From Octopus sinensis (taxonomy: Eukaryota): a stretch of DNA of 64,000 nucleotides. The stretch spans positions 66,154,001 to 66,218,000 of the forward strand of contig NC_043007.1 of assembly GCF_006345805.1 (NCBI RefSeq), given 5' to 3'. The position numbers and the translations under genes are program-made. Positions 51,908 to 64,000 of this stretch are shown here, in pieces; the first letter of the stretch is position 1; every line of letters starts with the position of its first letter. The notes beneath the pieces were generated by a model. That model was not told where the DNA came from. It was given only the letters and a program-made list of their open reading frames with translations, and did not search any database.

Positions 51908-53365
51908 TATACAATTGAAAAATGCTCACGCTAAAAAGTATTACAAAATGTCATAATAAACCTTAAAAAATATGGGACTAGCATTGATGCTCAAAAATAT
52001 TGGAATCACTATATGTTGTACATTTTTTGGCATCTTAAAACGAAGAGACTCGTGTGTGAATCACGATGTCACGATGGTTATTAAACCGAGTACTTTATAT
52101 AAAAATTTGAAAATGTACAAAATATGATCTTTAACTTCGAATAAGTAAATTCATTATAACACTCTTCATACCAAAGTATATAAAAAAAAAACATATTTCC
52201 CACTGCATGCAAATTAGCAAGATGATAAAAAAAAAACTGGATTTATGGTGAAGTCTAATCTAAATAACAGCGAAAGTACGAAACAGAAATAATTATAAGT
52301 AAAGATAATTCGCTTTATGATACTCATATTAATGGAATAGTTATGCGAATTAAACAAATTCTTGCTTAATTATTTTTGATTGTCTACATGTAAATTTATA
52401 AAAATTATCATTCATAGATTGAATTATTGCGTAAAGGTGACATTAGTATTTGTACACAACTCTTTTGAAATTGAGCATACGATAATTTAACTTGATCAAT
52501 CATTAATATAACTTAATTTCTCAATATAAAATAGTGTACATTTAAACACAAGAGAAACCGCCTTCAATAGGCAGCTTTACACCCTAGAAGAAGTAGTCAA
52601 AACGACTAAAACCACATTTAAGAGCAATTCTTGTGTTTAAATGTACACTGTTTTATATTGAGAATATGCTGTCTATTGATTTTTTATACATGCTAGGCCA
52701 CTGGTAGTGAAATTTCTAAATAAAAAAAAAACTAGCTACCCTATATTTTTACGTATATGATTTTAGCATTTATTCATTTACTGCCGACTGAAACTGCGCC
52801 TGCGCGGTGAACTTGAAGAATTATAATGTATAACGATGAGGCACGTGTTATTTGTCTGTTAATTATATGTTAGTGTTATGGCGCGGTCACTGATGAAAAT
52901 TTCGCCTAGCAAATTATTTTATTTACTAAAAAATTTTAAACCTAGGTTTGACCGGAATAAAATAACAACGTAAACGTTTTTATTTTTCATTCCCTTTAAG
53001 AATTGCTCTTGAATGTGGTTTTGGTCGTTTTGACTACTTCTTCTGGCGTGTAAAACTACCTGTTGAAGGCAGTTTCTCTTGTGATTAAATGTCCACTATT
53101 ATATATTGAGAATATGTTGTCTATTGACTTTTTATACATGCTAGGCCAGTGGTAGTGAAACTTCGAAAGAAAAAAACTCGCTACTCTATATTTTACGTAT
53201 AACTTAATTTCGGTGAACTAAACAAATTTCTTGTGATAAAAGCATGCCACAAAGTGTACAACATATAGTGATTTCAATATTTTTGAGTAACAATGCTAAT
53301 CCCATACGTTTTAAACTTTATTATAACATTCTGTAACCCTTTTGAGCGTGCGCGTTTTTCGATTC
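51908..53365. mobile_element. Old MITE/foldback-like element with ~125-bp degenerate TIRs and nested inverted/direct repeats
   Basis: 51908-52035 is inverted at 53243-53365; inner 35-bp IR 52520-52664; 52520-52630 inverted at 52993-53110; 52630-52760 direct at 53080-53200. Confidence 0.65.
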
Positions 53366-54055
53366 TAGTTTCGTACTTTTTAAGGCAACGCTTGTAATAT
53401 TCTATATATGTACCGTATTTCTCCTAATGGTGTAGCAGCCTCTTATAAACTGACACCCAAACGCCGACCAATTGAAATACTGTGACTGTCACAATATTAA
53501 AAAAATGTACGATAAAATTGATAATAATTGTCATATTTATTTATTATCATACGGAAATATATTGAACAGCAGCTAGTATAAGTTGCACTATAAAGAAATG
53601 TATTTACAAAAATAGTAATAACATTCTGTATACAAAAAAAAGCTTGGCTACTTTTTCTATCAGGTCATACAACCACATACAGACTCCGTCGTTGGTCTGT
53701 CTCAGTAATAGCTTTGTTATTTAGCCTCAAATCAACTCTGATACAGCGAACCTACGTTGCTATAAAAACATCTCTAGTTATTAAAGGATGGTTTTGTTAA
53801 GAGAATGGACCCGGAAGTTATTGTTCGCAAACATCAGCAGTAATTTTCTTCAGCTGAATACACGTCATTGATTGGTTAAATTTACCCAAATATGACAACT
53901 TTCAAACGAAATAATTTCCAAAATATAAAATTTTGTCAAAAGCGTTAAGAGTAAACCCTGTTCTGCATGACACATTCTACCAGTATCCGAAGTTTCAAAG
54001 TGTTTAGTCTAAAAAAAATTAATTAAAAAACCTGGCCATCAAATTGAAAAGATCT

Positions 54056-54202
<147 letters not shown>

Positions 54203-54937
54203 GCAAAAGATTGTCTTAACTGGTACATCACACGTATTGAGAAGAGCATTGTCGATGTGAGAACTGTTGCTGCTCATGTATTTTAATATAACTTTAAAAA
54301 AATTTTTTTTAATTTAAAAAAAAAAAAAAAAAAAATGAACGAACTATTGAGTTTGGTTTAATGGCCTACCAATGTATACTATGAGTTTCTTTGCCCTAGG
54401 AGTCGGGAAGACACTCGGCAAGAAATGGAAGCAAATTTGAAAGAAGAAAAAAAAAAAAAATAATAATAATAATAATAATAGCAAAACATCAATAACGACA
54501 ATGACGATGATGATGATGTGAGTCTTTCTACTATAGGCACAAATTTAGGAGCCTGAATTTTTTGGCGAGGGTTCTAGTCGTTTATATGAACCTCAATACA
54601 TGACTGGTACTTATTTCGTCGACCCTGAGAGGATGAAAAGCAAAGTGGACCTCGGTGGAATTTGATGGTGGTGATGGTGGCAGTGGCGGCGGCGGCGGCG
54701 GCGGCGGCAGCGGCACTGATAGTGGTGATGATTGCAATGGTAATGGTGGTGGTAGAGAACATAGGTAAATTAGTGAGAGAATATAACGTAAGAAGCAGAG
54801 GCTGGCTCAATAGTGGAGATAAGGTGTAGAGACAATGACAACGATGACGACAACGACGACAACAACCACGACGATGACAATGACAGTGATGATGATGATA
54901 ATGATGACGACGACGACGACGACGATGACGATGATGA

Positions 54938-54969
<32 letters not shown>

Positions 54970-55315
54970 ATGGTGATGATGATGATGAAGAGAAACTAAC
55001 AAACCAAACTAACCAGCTAGCCATCCAACCAGCCAGCCAGTCAGCCAACCAAACAAACAAGCCCCCCACCACCAATCCCCACCCATTCATCCAAACAAAT
55101 AAACATAATAACTAAGAAAACACGCATAAAAAAAAATACTCAGCAACCATATAAAAAAAAAAACCTCCTCTGCCCTGCCCTCCCTGCTGCCAAGATAAAA
55201 ACCCAACCAAATGATACAACAAAAGAGTCTGCAGGTGGACAGGAGTTGTTTTATTGGCTAAGATTTCAGTCGCTGATTCAAAAACAAGACTAACAACAAA
55301 ATATAACTGACACAC

Positions 55316-55390
55316 GTTCCTCTCAGGGTAACAATGGCCGTTTTGCAGACAGACCCACAGCGACAGTGGGGGTCCAGAGGCTGACTGTAT
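55316..55390 (-). CDS. Candidate 75-nt exon (IQSASGPPLSLWVCLQNGHCYPERN or YSQPLDPHCRCGSVCKTAIVTLRG)
   Basis: Acceptor tgtctctatgtgtctgtatgccacag|A; donor |gtgtgt; GC-richer unique island. Confidence 0.35.
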
Positions 55391-55549
55391 CTGTGGCATA
55401 CAGACACATAGAGACAAAGGTATATACACACTCGTGTGCGTGCATACACATGCATTCATACAGAGTTACGTGAGTTCATACAGAGGTACATGTGATCGTA
55501 CATATGAGCATACATTCATGAACACGCACATACATGCATGAATATAATG

Positions 55550-55613
<64 letters not shown>

Positions 55614-55674
55614 GTATGTGTGTGTGTATATGTGTGTGTATGTGTGCGTGTGTATGTGTGTGTGTGTAGGAGCA

Positions 55675-56058
55675 GCAGTGGCTGTGTGGTAAGTAGATTA
55701 CTTACCAACCACATACTTCCGCGTTCAGTCCCACTGCGTGGCACCTTCGGCAAGTGTCTTCTACTATAGCCACGGGCCTTGTAAGTGGATTTGGTAGACG
55801 GAAACTGAAAGAAGCCCGACGTATGCGTGTGTGTGTGTTTTTATGTGTTTGTGTGTGTGTATTTGTGTGTGCGTGTTTGGCTCGCAGCATCGCTTGACAA
55901 CAGATGCTGGTGCGTTCACGTCCCATAACTTAGCGGTTCGGCTAAAGACACCAATAGAATATGTACTAGGCTTACAAAGAGTAATCCTGGGATCGATATG
56001 CTCGACCTAAGGCGGTGCTCCTGCATAGCCGCAGTCAAATGACTGAAACAATAAAAGA
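55675..56058 (+). mobile_element. SINE family B, full length
   Basis: Matches the 32342 copy. Confidence 0.85.
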
Positions 56059-56083
56059 ATATGTACATGGATATATATATATA

Positions 56084-56116
<33 letters not shown>

Positions 56117-56156
56117 TATATATACATACATATATGCATATATATATATATATTAT

Positions 56157-56202
<46 letters not shown>

Positions 56203-56290
56203 TAGAAGGGCCAAGTCGAACCTGAGACGCTAGACAAGTATAATAAAGGAAATGGAAAAAGTTCAAGAGCTGTTTCCGTTGCATTTATTA

Positions 56291-56330
<40 letters not shown>

Positions 56331-56355
56331 TATATATATATACATACATACATAC

Positions 56356-56387
<32 letters not shown>

Positions 56388-56879
56388 TGCATATTGTCAC
56401 GCGCGCGCAAATTCGCAGAAAAGCACACTGATACTTATATTCTAACACATGAACACCCACAAATTATCGTATACTCACACGCATACTCTCACACGGATAC
56501 ACATACGCACATATATTGACACAGTCACACATGTCTACACACACACACACATATCTACACACACACGTGCGCATACGCACGCACAGACACTGACTCATAA
56601 TCGGGCGCGCACACGTACACACGCACATAAATGCAAGCACATTGATTTCCACTCTTGCACACCTACCGGTACACATGAACGAGCGTGCCCCCCCCCCCAC
56701 ACACACACAGACACACTCACATAGACACGCACTCACACACACACACATACACACACAACACACGCAAATACGCGCGTGCGCGCAAACGCAAAGATACGAA
56801 CGATTTTTTTTGTTTGTTGTCTTTCTGATTTTACAACTCTACCATAAGCCTTTGTTGTTTGAAATATTAGATTTGCTTG

Positions 56880-57330
<451 letters not shown>

Positions 57331-57597
57331 ATTGTTGTTTAGATTATGTCGCCGTTCGTGCTGCTATTTAAATGGCCATTTGACAACGTTAGGCGTTATT
57401 TGTTAAATTTGTTTCGTTCCTCTTCTTATTCCTGTAACCGTCGTCCTTTCCGATGCCTTCCTTCGTTCTTTACAGCATCTATTCTCTTCATATACGCCAT
57501 CCTCTATCCAGTTAAAAATAATTAAATTGAAAAGAATTAAAGAAAAATATCAGTTGATTAGATCCCCCCCACACACACAAACACACACACATAGATG

Positions 57598-57641
<44 letters not shown>

Positions 57642-57680
57642 GAGAGAGATAGAGATAGAGGGAGAGAGAGAGACTAATAA

Positions 57681-57725
<45 letters not shown>

Positions 57726-57974
57726 GAGACAGACTGATAAATATGTGTGTGTGTGTGTGTGTGTGAGTGCGTGTGTGTAGATGCATATACATACAGCTAT
57801 GCTTGTAAATTCTGTGCGCGCGTGTGTTTGTGTCTATCTTGTATACAGAGAGAGCGGGGTAGGAAAAGAAAGAGACAAGATAGACATGCAACAAATCTAT
57901 GCGCTTTCACATTTACACATACAGAGATATACTAGGGTCTTAATGACGTTTGTACAGATTATATGCATGCACTA

Positions 57975-58020
<46 letters not shown>

Positions 58021-58037
58021 TGTGTGTGTGTGCGTGC

Positions 58038-58081
<44 letters not shown>

Positions 58082-58092
58082 ATGTGCATATA

Positions 58093-59466
<1,374 letters not shown>

Positions 59467-59489
59467 GTATATGTATATATACATATATA

Positions 59490-59700
59490 TATAAAGTTAA
59501 TCCAAACATAAAAACACAAAGAGAAAACACAACAACGCGAGGACGTGGAACAAATATAGTATTATTGGACGCTCAGGAAGGAAGGGAAGAAGGATGATTT
59601 AACGTTTCGAGCGGAGTTCTTCGTCGGAAACATAGGAGAAGGAAAGATCCAGAGAAGGGAAGACAGAGGAAAAAATCGCCAACAGTACAAGCGCGGTCAC
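59490..59700 (-). mobile_element. PLE-type terminal repeat, family 2, with a decayed hammerhead-like motif (59597-59631)
   Basis: Minus strand gttt CcGACGA agaactccgctc GAA acgt t aaat; inserted in (TA)n. Confidence 0.55.
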
Positions 59701-59738
59701 ATTTTGAATGTATATATATATATATATATATGTATATT

Positions 59739-59803
<65 letters not shown>

Positions 59804-60268
59804 CATACCTACAAATATACATGCATAATAGAGGCATATGTACATACATACATACGTACAGACAGATATATACGCATACATGCGCGCGTACGTTCATATA
59901 TACAAGTAACACATTGATTTTTCTCATGATTTCATTGTCACACGCGTTATCGTGGCCGCTGTAAAGTGAGTGGCGGCGTGTGAATTGAACGAATGAATAT
60001 GCATATATCACACACAAACACACACACTCACACACACACTCACACACACACACACACTCATACGCGCACACATACACATATAAACTCACGCATACGCACA
60101 CACGCACAATATATATATATATATGTATGTATGTATGTATATTTAAAGTTCTTTTATATTTCGAATAACACATCAGCATTGTAGTCGGAGAGAGCGAGGG
60201 AGAGAGAGGGGGGAGAGGGAGAGAGAGCAGTTTTCATCTTCTTTGTGCGAAAAATCAACTGATTATTA

Positions 60269-60303
<35 letters not shown>

Positions 60304-60459
60304 TATTATTATTATTATCATTGATTATATTTTCCTTTAGGTTCTTTGTTACCCCAGTGCTGTGTAGTCCCTATTCCTGTTTCTGTCACTACACGTATTG
60401 ACGTGAAATAATTGTGTTCTCTGCTTATTATTTGACACCCATGTGGCAAATACAGATAT

Positions 60460-60600
60460 TGATCAGAAATTTTGGCACAAAGCCAGCAAGTTCGGAGGAG
60501 GGAGTAAGTCTATTACATCAACCCCCAGTGCTCAATTGTTAGGGACTTGTTTTCTCTACCCCGAAGGGAATGAAAGGCAAAGTGAACCTCGGCAGAATTT
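60460..60600 (-). mobile_element. SINE family A, partial
   Basis: acccccagtgctcaa...ccgaagggaatgaaaggcaaagtgaacctcggcagaattt. Confidence 0.7.
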
Positions 60601-61892
60601 TGGGAAACTATGAGTATGAATTTAAATGTAATGTCTAGGATTTGGTATTTTTCAAGTTAATAATAATATTGAAATTACTAAGAAATTTATGTAAAATTTT
60701 GTGGGTTTGTTCTTGGCTAGATTGGAATTCTTGGCTGCAACAAGTGAAGTGTTGTCCCTTCATAGGCCTCCACCAGTGTTTAGAATACTGATATTGATCA
60801 ACGTTCATAACATTCATTAATCATATTTATGATTGCTCTGTAATGAGCATGTCTTGGTATACGTCTCATCATACAGATGACGATGGTGATGGTGATAAGG
60901 AGGAGTAGAAGGAGTGGCATCTAAGAACGACAACTATACGTGTCATCATCGGTGTGTTGGGGACAATACCGAATGGCACTCGTAAACACTTTGGCCAAAT
61001 ACCAGGAAACCTAAAAGTATGAGAACTGCAAAAACAAAAAAAAAATGTTTTCATTGATTCTGTTTGTATCTTCAGAAAAACACTGTCAACCTGTAATTAC
61101 CTGATTCTCTTAAAACTCTTTCATAATCGAAATATTTCATATTTAAGAGAGTCTTAATCCCTAGAATCGTTTCCTTACAATATATTACTGCTTATCATAA
61201 ATAACATCCATACTAAAGCATCCTCTTTGCTCGTACTTGAGATCTTTGGCTGAGACTCTGTAAAACGACAGAGTGGAACTTCCACCAAACGCACTGTTAG
61301 ACTGGCAGAGGACTGTGAGTGCCTACTGATGTTTCAGGTGTCAGGCATACTGTCTCGGTCTGCGTTTGATCCAGGACTGCAGAGCAGTCAAAGAAATGAG
61401 TTTTGAGAAAGTAAGTTTAATGGCTGCCACGCCTGCGCACAGTCACAGAAACGCTGAAATATCGTAGCTCAGAGCATATCTACGCATCAATAGCCAAAGG
61501 CATACCAAATCCTCCACTCAGCGAGTGTTGGCAACAAAGAAACTGTCAGATTAGTGGAACGCATCCTCTCCATAGAAAGCGGAAGAGAAGCCTTTCGTCC
61601 CCAATGTGTCTTAGAGCACGAGCTTTAGCTTTTTAATTCTAGTAACTTCTATCACTGCAACGTTACTAAACCATATCGATAATTTGTCGTGTAGATCACA
61701 AATTTCTGGCCTTAGTAGCCGACGATTTTATATTGTGAACATGCTATCGTTAGCGACTAGTCTGCAGAATATCATTTAAATACAACATGGATGACCTGAT
61801 GTGGGTTGTCCATGTTTGCACTGGCACATTCAGGATATTCAGACTTTAGCAGTCAGTCTGTTGGAAACGACTGAGGAGGTTTGTGAAACTTT

Positions 61893-61933
<41 letters not shown>

Positions 61934-61949
61934 CAGCTATCCTTACACC

Positions 61950-63700
61950 ATCCAAATATGCATCCAAGATAGTGTTCCAAGCGTCTTCTATCACTGATGA
62001 GCCGGACTTTCTGAGGAAGGCCTGCAGGCAATTGAATAATCCTGGTTTCCTCGCAGATCCTTCTGAAGCAACACAACCCCTCCAACTCCCAACTGAGATC
62101 AATTTGGAGATGTGTACATGAGCATGAACGCTCAAGACTGAGAAATCCAGGCCTCGCTGATGGGTTACAACATCTATATCTAGTGACCTGAGATCAATAA
62201 GTATGTAGCCCTGCTTCTACGGTGACTCAAACCCCAAGCATTTATGCTTACCAGGATGATTGTAGGCAGGTGGAAAGTAAGACAGGAACACTTATTCCTA
62301 TGGAGAGGCAGGTATTTCGTCACTCCGACTGGCAGAGGATGTTTCCACAGGCATTTTTTATATAGTCATTTGTTTATATTTCCCCTGAAGTCTTCCAATC
62401 CTTCACATTATTATTTTTTAAGATGTTTTATGTGTCTTGTGATATTTGGATGATTACCATGCGTGCTGGTATGCAATTACTTAATGCAAGGTAGTTGTTT
62501 TGCGTGATGCTTGCATTTTGGTGTATGAGAGTGGTTATTTTTTTATTGCTTGTGTTTATGGCCTTGTATTTAATGACTTTTTTCTTTTTTGTTCATGCTG
62601 GAGTGTGTATTCCAATTTGGTCTGTGTTTAAGAATTAGGTTGTACTTGGACTGTGATAGGGATGGTGGTAGTGGTGATATTATTGACTGGTGTAGCTGGT
62701 ATTGGATGTGGTGCGGTTTCATCATTGCTCAAAAGCATCTGCCGGTTTGTCCGTATCTGCCAGAATTTTACTGGTTTGATTTTTGTTTCTTCTTGTGTTT
62801 GTATTAGTAACTTATAGCCATTTAGGCTCCTCACCATCACACTTGCCGTGAGACACATGCAAGAGTAGTGAGTGTTAGGGAGGTGCATGTCTTGTGAAGA
62901 TTTTCGGTTTTGTTATGTTGTTGATATATTTTTGTGGTTTTAGGGGTTTCCTGTTGATGTCGCTATTATTTTTTATGTGGTGGTCCTTAATGGTTGTGTG
63001 TTTTCTGTTGTTTGTTGTTACCTCCACTGTTTGTGTGGTTGTTGCTATAGCTGCTGCCTCCACTCTTGTAGTTGGTTTACGTTCATCATTGCGACGGTTA
63101 CATTTTTTTGCTTAGTTACTGTAGTTATTTGCGATGCGGTTGCAGCCATTGTTGTTGATGTTGCTGTGGTGTTGGCAGTAGGGGAGGCCCTCTTTCAGCT
63201 TTCAGAAAGCTTTAAGGGGAATAGTGATTTCACAAATGTAGCATCAAGGCCTTCTATCTTCCACTACAATTTACAGTTGCTGCTCTCCAGAAATCACTAT
63301 TAGGTCAAGAGTTTTATCAAATGTCCCAGGTTTCACCCGAATCGAAATCTAGTTATGGTGATATATTTGTGATTTTACTCAGATTTCTCTCTATAAATTT
63401 TTGTCAGCACAAAATACTCATTACTCTGTGAGACAGAGGAATATTTCTGGGCCAGGATTTGTGAGAAGAAAATATATCAGATAAACCAGAATTTACGGGC
63501 ATATCCAACAAAAGTAATGTCTGGTTAAGTATCTTTTAATAGGAGTTCAGTTTAGTCTGAAGGTATACGCACTAATTTGTGTTTTCGTCGAGGTGCATCT
63601 ATACAGTATTGTTTGTCTTTCTGTTTGGTCTAAAATGTTGCGGTATATTGTACGTAGTTTTCCGTGTTGTAGTCTGTTAACGTCTTTCAGCCTCTTGTAA
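61950..63700 (-). mobile_element. Highly degenerate L1/Tx1-like element: ORF1 remnant plus start of the ORF2 endonuclease
   Basis: IVVEDRRP*CYIC (knuckle start, ~63230); IILVSINAWGL...DLRSLDIDVVT.ISEAWIS...GVGGVVLLQKDL (APE, ~62260-62050). Confidence 0.5.
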
Positions 63701-64000
63701 AAGAAGTTGATGGTTTTGGACTAGAAAGATAAGGTCGTAAACGTTGATTATCTTGGCAATAGAAATATTTTTGCGGTGTTTCCACAGCAGCTGCCGCTGT
63801 TGTTATTAGTATCATTGTTATCGCTGTCATTATTACTTCGTATTGGAGGATAGTGGTGGTGGTGATTTTGTTTGTATTGCTAGAGTGTGTTACTATAGCA
63901 GTGAAAACGCATGATTTTTTTGCTACTTCTGATTTTGCGAGCTTCTTTGTTTGACATGTCACTGTTCTTGCTCCTGCTACTCTTGATGTTGTTGCTAATA

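Noticed and set aside
53790-53885. Promoter (CCGGAAGT plus CCAAT-like motif)
   Set aside because: Short motifs expected by chance; no linked start or CpG-rich context; probably within a repeat
61994-62030. Hammerhead (ctgatgagcc...ggc)
   Set aside because: The stem is followed by CTGC, not GAAA, and it lies within an L1-like endonuclease remnant

Overview
Repeat-saturated, AT-rich animal genomic DNA. The SINE families and microsatellite density look like a coleoid cephalopod, probably Octopus (inferred from recalled repeat families, not searched). Nearly all ORFs in the supplied track are translated microsatellites. The window holds many SINEs, a full-length but disabled mariner (58093-59359), DD37D-like mariner remnants, MITEs, L1/Tx1-like ORF1 and endonuclease remnants, an RTE 3' end and a 5'-truncated R4/Dong-like LINE sitting in (TATG)n. 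The most striking region is a Penelope-like element (PLE) nest at about 35.9-45.1 kb. It contains a GIY-YIG remnant, an N-terminal PLE ORF and three copies of a minimal type I hammerhead ribozyme: two direct copies 1106 nt apart and one inverted. Around these lie ~650-bp inverted arms enclosing a ~3.5-kb G/T-skewed array of ~1-kb units. No host gene could be named. A phase-compatible chain of small minus-strand exon candidates (4-111 nt) suggests the window may be mostly intron of a large gene; this remains tentative.
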